DNA of 61,241 nucleotides, filler included. It is 8 parts of 8 records of this genome, joined end to end, with 100 filler letters (N's around TTAATTAATTAA, not from the genome) between each part and the next. Parts side by side here need not be neighbours in the genome. Positions count along the whole stretch, not along the records: positions 1 to 17,760 come from SRR20825010_6906; positions 17,861 to 27,969 come from SRR20825010_6909; 6 more parts are not named here. One strand, 5' to 3'. Made by a program: the position numbers and the translations under genes. This document shows, one piece after another, positions 9,374 through 19,924 of the stretch. The notes under the pieces are model-generated. The model saw only the letters and a list, made by a program, of their open reading frames with translations. It was not told where the DNA came from and made no database searches. Within the stretch, counting starts at the first letter, position 1; each line of letters begins with the position of its first letter.

Positions 9374-10255
9374 ATGAAAATTCTAGACGGAAAAAAAATT
9401 AGCAATGATATAAAAAATGAAATTGCTGCTGAAGTTGATAAGATGAAGGCCAATGGCGAAAAAGTGCCACATCTAGCAGCTATTATTGTAGGTGACGATG
9501 GCGCTAGTTTAACGTACGTTGGAAGTAAAGTAAAAGCTTGCGAACGTGTTGGTTTTGAGTCTACTATGGTGCGTATGCCACATACTACTAGCGAATTAGA
9601 ATTACTAAAAAAAATTAAGGAATTAAATGAAGATGATGCTATTGATGGCTTCATTATTCAACTTCCTTTACCTCCTCAAATAGACACTCAGAAAGTGCTT
9701 CTTACGGTAGACCCGTCTAAAGATGTGGATGGTTTTCATCCAGAAAACTTCGGAAAAATGGCGTTGGATATGAGTACATTTATTCCTGCAACTCCATTCG
9801 GAATTTTAGAATTATTGCAGCGTTATGATGTAGACACCAAAGGAAAACACACTGTTGTTATTGGAAGAAGTCATATTGTAGGTCGCCCAATGAGTATTTT
9901 AATGAGTCGTAGAGGTTGGCCAGGAAATAGTACGGTTACACTTACCCATAGCAACACAAAAAACATTGCGCAAATTACTACACAGGCAGATATTATTATA
10001 TCGGCATTGGGTGTTCCAAACTTTCTAAAAGCTGAAATGGTAAAAGATGATGCTGTAATAATTGATGTTGGAATTACTAGGGTTGAAGACGCAAATCATC
10101 CAAAAGGATATGTAATTACTGGCGATGTAGATTTTGAAAATGTAAGCAAAAAAGCTTCATTTATAACGCCTGTTCCTGGAGGAGTTGGGCCTATGACCAT
10201 TGCAATGTTACTAAAAAACACCTTGTTGGCTAGAGAACAAAGAAGAGGAAATTAA
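9374..10255 (+). CDS. folD: bifunctional methylene-THF dehydrogenase/cyclohydrolase
   Basis: 'MKILDGK', 'KDVDGFHP', 'GRSHIVGRP', 'TPVPGGVGPMTIAML'; start moved to ATG 9374. Confidence 0.97.
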   Translation: MKILDGKKISNDIKNEIAAEVDKMKANGEKVPHLAAIIVGDDGASLTYVGSKVKACERVGFESTMVRMPHTTSELELLKKIKELNEDDAIDGFIIQLPLPPQIDTQKVLLTVDPSKDVDGFHPENFGKMALDMSTFIPATPFGILELLQRYDVDTKGKHTVVIGRSHIVGRPMSILMSRRGWPGNSTVTLTHSNTKNIAQITTQADIIISALGVPNFLKAEMVKDDAVIIDVGITRVEDANHPKGYVITGDVDFENVSKKASFITPVPGGVGPMTIAMLLKNTLLAREQRRGN

Positions 10256-10692
10256 AGTCCTTTTCCTTCCTGTATTTTCCAATCCAAATAGCGATGTAGG
10301 TCACTTTCAATCCAACCTACACCAATAGATAGCACGGCCATATCATCAATATAACCAAACCCAGGGATAAAATCTGGGATAATATCCATTGGATTTAGAA
10401 TGTATAGAAGTGCTAAAACTATTGTTGCAATGGTAAACCAAGGTACTTGAGGATAAATTCCGTTTTTAACATCTTTAAGCATTCCTACCATTATCTTACC
10501 AAGCTCTGCATATTTAGAGAGTGTATTAGCACCACTGAATTTTTTGTTAATGGCTTCTTCATTCTCCATCACAATTTCTACATCTTCTTCTTTAATTTTA
10601 GCTACTTCATCTTCTACATACTCTTCAGTAACGCCAGATTCCCTGTTTCCTGGGTTGAAATACAATTTTGAAAATATTCCTTTTAGTGACAT
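10252..10692 (-). CDS. YkvA/DUF1232-family protein
   Basis: 'LLYILNPMDIIPDFIPGFGYIDD' signature. Confidence 0.9.
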   Translation of the reverse strand: MSLKGIFSKLYFNPGNRESGVTEEYVEDEVAKIKEEDVEIVMENEEAINKKFSGANTLSKYAELGKIMVGMLKDVKNGIYPQVPWFTIATIVLALLYILNPMDIIPDFIPGFGYIDDMAVLSIGVGWIESDLHRYLDWKIQEGKGL

Positions 10693-10861
10693 ATCTTTAG
10701 TTTTATTTTAAAGGTAAAAAATTTGAAATCTAATACTTTTAAAATTTTGTTATAAAATAATTCAGCTATAAAAAATATGTTAGGGTAAGAAAAAAGCCAA
10801 TACATATTAATTAGCCTTTTTTTATATAAGAAATGTGAGTTAAGCGCTATAAATATGGATT

Positions 10862-11899
10862 CTAAAGACGTTCATCGCTAATTTGAGAGTCGTCTTTTCC
10901 ATATTCTTTTCGGTATATTTTTACGATTACCATAAAAAGACTGATAAGCAACGGCCCAAAAATTAAACCAATAAAGCCAAACAAAGGAACACCAACAATA
11001 ACGCCTATTAGTGTTACTAATGGATGCACATTATCTAGTTTTTTTAATACATACAGGCGGATTATATTATCTGTGGAGCCAACAACTACAAAACCGTAAA
11101 TAAGTATTCCCCATGCTTGAAAGTTATCGCCGGTAGACAATGAAAGTACAAAAACAGGCAAAATACCTACTAGAGTTCCTACAAAAGGAATCATGCTTCC
11201 TATGGTTACAATAACAAACCAAAAGAAGGGGTCTTCAATTCCAAATATAAGAAAGCCAATAAGCGCCACTATTCCTTGCGCAATGGCAACTAAAGGAATT
11301 CCGAGTGCGTTAGAGCGCACCATTGCTTGAATTTCTACACCTATTTCTTTTAAATTGTCACTATCCATTGGAATGTATTGCTTTAGCGATTCACGCAATT
11401 CCTTACGGTTTGTGAACATATAGTAGAGCATAAAGTACATAAGACCAATAGCAATAAAAGCGTTGAAGGTACCTCCAGCAAGACTTTGAAGGTTTTCAGA
11501 AATCCATCCTGTAATTGCATTTGGGTCTATTTGTGAATTCAAATCATAACCAAATTTATCTTCAATTTTTGCAAGTTGCTCTTTAACGGCGTTTACTACT
11601 TCTCCAGAATTTTTAACAGCATGCCCAATTTTATTGGTTAGCATTAAGATTATACCCGCAATTGGAATGAGTATTCCTACAAACGAAACAATGATTAATA
11701 AGGTGGCTGCAAGCGATGCGTTCCACTTTCTTTTCTTAACCAATTTAGTCATCCATTTACGCATCAATACGTAAATGGTAATGGCGCCTAACACTCCAGT
11801 TAAATATGGAAGTAACTCTCTAAAAATGAGGCTTCCCATCAATACTATAAGTAAAATAACAAATATTTGTCGAATTATCTGAAGTGGTATCTGTTTCAT
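10862..11899 (-). CDS. AI-2E family transporter
   Basis: Multi-TM; 'SMIPFVG', 'DNIIR', 'HPLVTLIGVIVGVPLFGFIGLIFGP'. Confidence 0.9.
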   Translation of the reverse strand: MKQIPLQIIRQIFVILLIVLMGSLIFRELLPYLTGVLGAITIYVLMRKWMTKLVKKRKWNASLAATLLIIVSFVGILIPIAGIILMLTNKIGHAVKNSGEVVNAVKEQLAKIEDKFGYDLNSQIDPNAITGWISENLQSLAGGTFNAFIAIGLMYFMLYYMFTNRKELRESLKQYIPMDSDNLKEIGVEIQAMVRSNALGIPLVAIAQGIVALIGFLIFGIEDPFFWFVIVTIGSMIPFVGTLVGILPVFVLSLSTGDNFQAWGILIYGFVVVGSTDNIIRLYVLKKLDNVHPLVTLIGVIVGVPLFGFIGLIFGPLLISLFMVIVKIYRKEYGKDDSQISDERL

Positions 11900-12327
11900 T
11901 ATTTTGCGAATAATTGTGTTAGATCGTCAAAGGCTTTAAACTCTAATGCATTTCCAGACGGGTCTTTAAAAAACATGGTTGCTTGTTCGCCTACTTGCCC
12001 TTCAAACCGAATGTATGGCTCAATAATGAAGGTAATATTTTTTTGGATTAGTTTTTTTGAAAAATCCTTAAAGGTTTTCATGTCCAAAACAACTCCAAAA
12101 TGAGGGATTGGCACTTGTTTTCCATCAACTGGATTTATAGCTTCTTCTTCTTCTAAAATGTTTTTTTCTTTTAAATGAATAACGAGCTGATGTCCAAAAA
12201 AATCAAAATCTACCCAATGGTCGCTACTTCTTCCTTCAGAAAGCTCAAGAATATCTCGGTAAAAAACACGATTTTCTTCAAGATTATCAACAGGAATTGC
12301 TAGGTGAAAGGGTCTTAAATTATTCAT
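11899..12327 (-). CDS. VOC/glyoxalase family protein
   Basis: 'PFHLAIPV', 'WVDFDFFGHQLVIH', 'PHFG', 'DPSGNALEFK'; start placed at MNNLRPF. Confidence 0.88.
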   Translation of the reverse strand: MNNLRPFHLAIPVDNLEENRVFYRDILELSEGRSSDHWVDFDFFGHQLVIHLKEKNILEEEEAINPVDGKQVPIPHFGVVLDMKTFKDFSKKLIQKNITFIIEPYIRFEGQVGEQATMFFKDPSGNALEFKAFDDLTQLFAK

Positions 12328-12916
12328 CGGCATTCTCTGTTTTTGCTTCTGAAGGCTCCCATCCAATCATAAAATACTTAAATGGCGCAACATCCGGTAT
12401 TTGGCTAGCCTCTACTTTAAGGTTCATATCGTAACGCAATTCTTCTGGTAAACTCTTTTTATCTATCGTTAAATAAACATCCGTGTCTTTTAAAAATACC
12501 ACGATAGAATTTATTGTCGTTTCAATATTTTCAATGGTGTAATTTTCTTTTACATCCTTAAAAATACTGGCAGAATTTAATCCTTTATCCGTTTTGTAAC
12601 GTGGGTCAAAAACTTGAATGTTTGTTATAGTTGCATTTGGATCAGCTTCATTTTTTGGTGAAAGAAGTAATAGTTTTTTTCCACCTTTTTCATAAATTTC
12701 CACTTCACCTTGAGTTTCAATTGCATTTGGTGATGATTGTATTTTTACAATGGAATCGTTTGCAAAAATAGAGTCTATCTGCTTCATTTTAATATCGTTT
12801 GTAAGGTTTCCAATGGCGCTGTTTTTAATAGCAAAAGGATCGCTGTCTTTTCCACATTGAATAAAAGTGAGAGAAACTATTGAAACTATTCCAATTAATA
12901 AAAGTGTATTTTTCAT
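12320..12916 (-). CDS. hypothetical lipoprotein
   Basis: Signal peptide with 'FIQC' lipobox-like motif; tightly packed within the operon. Confidence 0.65.
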   Translation of the reverse strand: MKNTLLLIGIVSIVSLTFIQCGKDSDPFAIKNSAIGNLTNDIKMKQIDSIFANDSIVKIQSSPNAIETQGEVEIYEKGGKKLLLLSPKNEADPNATITNIQVFDPRYKTDKGLNSASIFKDVKENYTIENIETTINSIVVFLKDTDVYLTIDKKSLPEELRYDMNLKVEASQIPDVAPFKYFMIGWEPSEAKTENADE

Positions 12917-12970
12917 AGAGGGTTTTAATTATATATTATTGTTTTTTGTTTTGAATATTATTTTTTTGAA

Positions 12971-14485
12971 TTAACGCATCATTTTCCCTAAAATTCCTAA
13001 AACACTACGTATTACCGTAGGGCTAGAAAGTGTTTTTATCCAAGGGTTTGTAGTGCTTTTTCTGCTTGATGTTGGTCTTTTTGCTGCTTCTTTTTCTTTT
13101 TGTGCTTTTTCCTTAACTTCTTCTTTATTGGCAACCTCAATTTTTTTGGTCAACATTTCATAGGCACTTTCTCGATCGGTTACTTCATTGTATTTTGGAA
13201 TTAATTTTGAAGTTTTAAGTAAATCTTTCAGTTCAATATCCGTTAAAACATCCATGCGGCTCATTGGCGCACGTAGCATAGTGCGTGCAAGTGGCGTAGG
13301 AATTCCTTTTTCGTTTAAAGCGCTTACCAAAGCTTCCCCAATACCTAGTGCTGTTAGCACTTCGTCTGTTTTGTAATAATCAGAAAGCGGATAGTTTTCA
13401 GCCGTTAATTTAATAGCTTTTCTGTCTTTTGCAGTAAATGCACGAAGCGCATGCTGAATTTTTAACCCTAATTGACTTAATACTGCATCTGGCACATCTG
13501 TTGGGTTTTGAGTAACAAAATAAAGCCCAACACCTTTAGAGCGAATTAATTTTACGATGCTTTCAATTTGATTGAGCAACGCGCTACTGGCTTCATTAAA
13601 TATTAAATGCGCTTCGTCTATAAAAATCACTAATTCTGGCCTTCCGCTATCACCTTGTTCAGGGAAAGTAGCGTAAATTTCAGCCAAAAGACTTAGCATA
13701 AAGGTTGAAAATAGCTTTGGACGATCCTGTATATCCGTTAAACGTAGAATGTTGATGTAACCCATTCCGTTTTCATTGATGCGAAGTAAATCGTCAGTGT
13801 CGAAAGACTTTTCACCAAAAAATAAATCTGCGCCTTGTTGTTCTAATTCTACCACTTTCCGAAGAATTGCGCCTGTAGAAGAAGATGAGATTCGCCCGTA
13901 TTCTTGAGCAAACTCTTCTTTGCCTTCGTCTGTGGTGTATTGTAATATTTTTTTGAAATCTTTTAAATCCAGTAAGGGCATTTTATTATCATCGCAATAT
14001 TTAAAGATTACGGAAACAATACCAGATTGCACATCACTTAAATCTAGAATACGCGAAAGAAGCACAGGGCCAAACTCACTAACGGTAGCACGAAGACGAA
14101 CACCTTCATGATCTGAAAGTGTAAGAATTTCAGTAGGGAATTTCTTTGCTTCGTATGGAAAACCAATTGCAGTGTGGCGTTCGTCAATTTTAGCGTTGTT
14201 AGTTCCAGGCTGGGCAATACCGCTGAGGTCGCCTTTTATATCCATTAGCAAAACTGGAATTCCTTTTTCTGAAAGGTTTTCAGCAATTATTTGTAGCGTT
14301 TTGGTTTTTCCAGTACCGGTTGCTCCTGCAATAAGGCCGTGGCGGTTTAATGTTTTCAACGGAATTTTTACGTAGGCATCTTTCACAGTTTCATTAGCTA
14401 GCATTGCAGCACCAAGATTTATAAAATCGCCTTTTGTCGTGTAGCCGTCGTTTATGTAATCGAAAAAAACCTGTTTGTCCGCCAT
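12971..14485 (-). CDS. DUF853/YjgR HerA-like P-loop ATPase
   Basis: 'NRHGLIAGATGTGKT', 'FIDEAHL', 'RSKGVGLYFVTQNP', 'QHALRAFT'. Confidence 0.92.
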   Translation of the reverse strand: MADKQVFFDYINDGYTTKGDFINLGAAMLANETVKDAYVKIPLKTLNRHGLIAGATGTGKTKTLQIIAENLSEKGIPVLLMDIKGDLSGIAQPGTNNAKIDERHTAIGFPYEAKKFPTEILTLSDHEGVRLRATVSEFGPVLLSRILDLSDVQSGIVSVIFKYCDDNKMPLLDLKDFKKILQYTTDEGKEEFAQEYGRISSSSTGAILRKVVELEQQGADLFFGEKSFDTDDLLRINENGMGYINILRLTDIQDRPKLFSTFMLSLLAEIYATFPEQGDSGRPELVIFIDEAHLIFNEASSALLNQIESIVKLIRSKGVGLYFVTQNPTDVPDAVLSQLGLKIQHALRAFTAKDRKAIKLTAENYPLSDYYKTDEVLTALGIGEALVSALNEKGIPTPLARTMLRAPMSRMDVLTDIELKDLLKTSKLIPKYNEVTDRESAYEMLTKKIEVANKEEVKEKAQKEKEAAKRPTSSRKSTTNPWIKTLSSPTVIRSVLGILGKMMR

Positions 14486-14644
14486 CTTTCTAAAGTTTGT
14501 TCAAAAGTAATAAATTATAAAGCACCAAATTTTTTAATGCATCAAATTTCTAGGAATTATAGTTTTCAAAATAGAAACTGTTCCAGATTCAAATTCAACA
14601 ATTTTAAATCGAGTGAGTTTTATTTTTGTTTTTTCAAACCTTTA

Positions 14645-14697
14645 TTGGAATTTGTTATTTGGAATTTTTTTGTGCTTTGTTATTTGTGTTTTGGAAT
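14645..14697 (+). repeat. degenerate heptamer array TTGnnnT (7 units)
   Basis: TTGGAAT TTGTTAT TTGGAAT tttt TTGTGCT TTGTTAT TTGTGTT TTGGAAT. Confidence 0.55.
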
Positions 14698-14708
14698 TTA
14701 TTTTAAAG

Positions 14709-14716
14709 TATTTTTG
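14709..14716 (+). promoter_or_regulatory. Bacteroidota -7 element for queE
   Basis: TATTTTTG ending 5 nt before the queE ATG. Confidence 0.5.
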
Positions 14717-14721
14717 CAGCA

Positions 14722-15351
14722 ATGAAAACGGAAGTTCAAAACTTAGTGAATAAAGGTATAATGTTGCCTTTAATGGAAGAATTTTATACCATTCAAGGCG
14801 AAGGGTTTCATAAGGGCACTGCGGCTTATTTTATACGCGTAGGTGGTTGTGATGTTGGTTGCCATTGGTGTGATGTTAAGGAAAGTTGGAATGCTGAACT
14901 TCATCCTCCAACTGCTATTGGTAAAATAGTTGAGAATGCTTCCAAATATTCAAAAACAATTGTAATTACGGGCGGAGAGCCTCTTACGTGGGATATGGGG
15001 CCGCTTACCGAATTGCTTAAAGCACAAGGAATGCAAATTCACATAGAAACTTCAGGTGCTTATAAACTTACAGGAATTTGGGATTGGATTTGTCTTTCTC
15101 CAAAAAAAATGAAGCTTCCAACAGAAGAAGTGTATAAAAATGCACACGAATTGAAAGTGATTATTTTCAATAAAGACGATTTCCGTTTTGCCGAAGAGCA
15201 AGCCGCGAAGGTTAATAAAGACTGTATTTTGTATCTACAACCAGAATGGAGCAAGCGTGAAAAAATGAGCCCAATGATTGTGAATTATGTAATGCAAAAC
15301 CCAAAGTGGAAAGTGTCACTGCAAACGCATAAATACCTTAACATTCCGTAG
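14722..15351 (+). CDS. queE: 7-carboxy-7-deazaguanine synthase (radical SAM)
   Basis: 'EEFYTIQGEG', CxxxCxxC 'CDVGCHWC', 'ITGGEP', 'SLQTHKYL'. Confidence 0.94.
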   Translation: MKTEVQNLVNKGIMLPLMEEFYTIQGEGFHKGTAAYFIRVGGCDVGCHWCDVKESWNAELHPPTAIGKIVENASKYSKTIVITGGEPLTWDMGPLTELLKAQGMQIHIETSGAYKLTGIWDWICLSPKKMKLPTEEVYKNAHELKVIIFNKDDFRFAEEQAAKVNKDCILYLQPEWSKREKMSPMIVNYVMQNPKWKVSLQTHKYLNIP

Positions 15352-15357
15352 GAATAG

Positions 15358-15930
15358 TTATTCTTTTCTAAAAGGAATCTCTACGTATTCAGTATCCCAG
15401 CCTATAATTAATGTAGTTCCATTGTCTTCTGGGCGAAATATCATTGAAAGCGATTCAATGGGTGCAACAGCATCTTTGCATGGTACCGTCATTCTAGCAA
15501 CATCTTTTTCTTTTTTATAGCTATATGCGCCCCAAACATTGGTGTCATGGTTTATTATAATGGTCCAATTGTCTTCATCTGGAATGGTATAAAGTGTATA
15601 GGTGCCAGGTTTAAGTGTTGTCTTTCCAAATTTCAGAGGCGTGTATATAGTGAGCTCTGTTGCTTCATTAGCGCCCGTTCGCCATACTTGACCATAAGGT
15701 ACTAAATCGCCAAATACAGTGCGTCCTTTGGTTTGTGGGCGGCTATAAATAACTCTTGCTAAAGGTGGGCTTGTTTTATCGGGACGTGCCATTGCCAAGT
15801 CCATTGGTGATGCATCCATCTTCGGAAAACTCTGTGCTTGCACATTTTGAAAAGTAAAAGATGCTGTAATAATTAAAAATATTAAAAATATATTTTTCAT
15901 AGGAATGGCCATTGTGGTTTTAAAGTTCAC
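15358..15930 (-). CDS. DUF2911-domain secreted protein
   Basis: 'YSRP..KGR.VFG.LVPYGQVWRTGANEAT', 'GTYTLYTIP', 'WGAYSY'. Confidence 0.88.
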   Translation of the reverse strand: MNFKTTMAIPMKNIFLIFLIITASFTFQNVQAQSFPKMDASPMDLAMARPDKTSPPLARVIYSRPQTKGRTVFGDLVPYGQVWRTGANEATELTIYTPLKFGKTTLKPGTYTLYTIPDEDNWTIIINHDTNVWGAYSYKKEKDVARMTVPCKDAVAPIESLSMIFRPEDNGTTLIIGWDTEYVEIPFRKE

Positions 15931-16098
15931 GTTGTCTCTTTGGACAAAATTGAGAATAAAAAGTTTAATGGAGTCTTAATTTTTCGTGAAATGATTTGGA
16001 CTAAAAACGTAAAATAAGTCGGAAATAGTGTGTGAAGATTACACGAATCCTAACTGAAGCTAACAAACACGTTAAAATTCGCTTTTTTTTCACAATAA

Positions 16099-17760
<1,662 letters not shown>

Positions 17761-17860
17761 NNNNNNNNNNNNNNNNNNNNNNNNNNNNNNNNNNNNNNNN
17801 NNNNTTAATTAATTAANNNNNNNNNNNNNNNNNNNNNNNNNNNNNNNNNNNNNNNNNNNN
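17761..17860. other. artificial contig spacer
   Basis: N44-TTAATTAATTAA-N44 (stop codons in all frames). Confidence 0.98.
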
Positions 17861-18923
17861 CTTGGTGCGTTAAGGAGGTATCTTTGACATCGATGCTAAA
17901 CTTATTGAAATAGAGAATGAGGAAGAAAAAACCCTTGCTCCAGGCTTTTGGGACAATCCAAAAGAGGCCCAATTACAAATGCAGTCGATAAAATCCAAAA
18001 AGAAATGGGTAGAGGATTTTGAGGAAGCCAAAACATTGGTAGGCGACCTTGAGGTTCTTATGGAATTTCAGCAGGTTGATGAGGTATCCGAAGACGAGGT
18101 TACCCAGCAGTTTGAAAAATCCATCTCGGCCATTGAAAAATTGGAGTTCCGGAATATGCTCTCCGATGAGGGTGATGAGCTTACCGCAGTTCTTCAAATA
18201 ACAGCAGGTGCCGGAGGTACGGAAAGTTGTGATTGGGCATCCATGCTCATGCGCATGTATATGATGTGGGCCGAAAAGAACGGTTACAAAATCAAAGAAC
18301 TTAACTACCAAGATGGCGACGTTGCAGGTATAAAGACGGTAACCTTGGAAATTGAAGGTGAATATGCATTTGGTTGGCTCAAGGGAGAGAATGGTGTACA
18401 CCGTCTGGTGCGCATCTCCCCTTTCGATAGCAATGCGAAAAGGCATACTTCGTTTGCATCGGTTTATGTGTATCCTTTGGTTGATGATACCATTGAAATC
18501 GAAGTGAATCCTTCGGATATTGAGATTACAACAGCACGTTCCAGCGGTGCAGGAGGACAAAATGTGAACAAGGTGGAAACCAAGGTTCAATTGGTTCATA
18601 AACCTACGGGAATCCAAATTTCCTGTTCAGATTCCCGCTCACAGCACGATAACAGGGCTACAGCAATGAAAATGTTGAAATCCCAACTGTACGAAATCGA
18701 GCTTCGAAAAAAGCAAGAGGCCCGCGCCGAAATCGAATCATCCAAAATGAAGATTGAATGGGGTTCACAGATCCGAAACTATGTGATGCACCCATACAAA
18801 TTGGTAAAGGATGTACGAACAGGTGAGGAAACAGGAAATGTGGATGCCGTTATGGACGGTGATCTTGATGCATTTTTAAAGGCCTATTTAATGATGATGG
18901 GGCAAAAAGAGGAACAAGATTAA
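17861..18923 (+). CDS. prfB: peptide chain release factor 2 (5' truncated; +1 programmed frameshift)
   Basis: Frame 0 ...LGALRRYL-stop, then +1 frame DIDAKLIE...FWDNP continuing into ORF 17979; SPF anticodon mimic and GGQ motifs present. Confidence 0.97.
17873..17888 (+). promoter_or_regulatory. RF2 +1 frameshift cassette
   Basis: AGGAGG TAT CTT TGA C: internal Shine-Dalgarno, 3-nt spacer, slippery CTT-TGA-C. Confidence 0.95.
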
Positions 18924-18932
18924 TAAATAATC

Positions 18933-19274
18933 ATGATTAAAATATACCATAATCCAAGATGCCGAAAATCCCGAGAGGGCCTCGCCATCTTGGAAAAATC
19001 AGGAAAAGAATTCGAAGTGGTAAAATACTTGGACGATGTTCCTACGAAAGAAGAGCTTACTACGTTAGTGGAATATTTGGGGATTGCCCCTATTGATTTG
19101 GTCCGTAAGACCGAAGCCATCTGGAAGGAAAAATTTAAAGGTAAGACCTTAAGTGACGATGAGGTTATTATGGCACTCTCGGAGAACCCAAAATTGATTG
19201 AGCGACCCATCGTTGTAAATGGTGAAAAAGCAGTCGTGGGGAGACCTCCAGAGAACATAATGGATCTGCTATAA
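18933..19274 (+). CDS. ArsC/Spx/YffB-family (glutaredoxin-type) reductase
   Basis: 'IYHNPRCRKSR', 'PKLIERPIV', 'GRPPE'. Confidence 0.88.
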   Translation: MIKIYHNPRCRKSREGLAILEKSGKEFEVVKYLDDVPTKEELTTLVEYLGIAPIDLVRKTEAIWKEKFKGKTLSDDEVIMALSENPKLIERPIVVNGEKAVVGRPPENIMDLL

Positions 19275-19343
19275 TTCTGATAACCAATTATATTTAACAC
19301 AGGTTGCACAGATAAATACAACCTAAATAGTATCTTTAACCCT

Positions 19344-19823
19344 ATGAAAAGCAAACAAACTCTCTTTCTAATAACCTTATTTATTGGCCTACTGGCCATG
19401 AACGATGTTGTCGCCCAATACGGCTACGGCTCCCCTTATGGTTATGGTAGATACGGAAGAGGACGAAGTTATGTCCCCCAAGCAGGCCCTGTTGAAAGTC
19501 AAAAAGAGGAAACACCACCTACAGCCGAAGAACTTGTGGACGAACAAATGCCCTCCATTACCGAGGCCATTGATTTAGATCCTTTTGAGCAGGCCGTTGT
19601 GCGCACCTCATTGGTTACATCAGTCCAACAACGAATAGAGCTTCAAATTCTTGGGTTGGAACCTCTAAAAATGAAAGAAGAGGTCGAAAAAATCAAAAGA
19701 CGGCAAGATGCCGAGTTAAAGGCCGGTCTACCAGAGGATAAGTACGAAGCCTTTATGGAACTTCAAGAAAACCAATTCAAGGCCAAGAAGAAAAAGAAAA
19801 AGAAGAAAAAGAACAAGGGTTAA
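19344..19823 (+). CDS. hypothetical secreted protein with YG/RG-rich N-terminus and poly-Lys C-terminus
   Basis: Signal peptide ending VVAQ; 'YGYGSPYGYGRYGRGR'; tail 'KAKKKKKKKKKNKG'. Confidence 0.75.
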   Translation: MKSKQTLFLITLFIGLLAMNDVVAQYGYGSPYGYGRYGRGRSYVPQAGPVESQKEETPPTAEELVDEQMPSITEAIDLDPFEQAVVRTSLVTSVQQRIELQILGLEPLKMKEEVEKIKRRQDAELKAGLPEDKYEAFMELQENQFKAKKKKKKKKKNKG

Positions 19824-19924
19824 CAATTCTTTAAGGTCATTCGCAGGTTCAATTACGTTGTTGGGGGATTTATATTTCGCATCCACTTTTTTTCCTTCAA
19901 TTTTTGCAGCGTAAAAATCAAACT

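Noticed and set aside
12971-14485. HerA-like ATPase as an anti-phage defence system
   Set aside because: It is the widespread DUF853/YjgR type, with no nuclease, SIR2 or other defence partner nearby
17805-17816. TTAATTAATTAA recurring seven times, considered as a repeat or CRISPR-like element
   Set aside because: Always centred in N-runs of fixed length; it is a synthetic linker. ORF-track proteins ending in X...LIN are artefacts.
18933-19274. Second arsenate-reductase-like gene as part of the ars system at 2853-5845
   Set aside because: Different contig and probably a different organism; housekeeping context behind prfB
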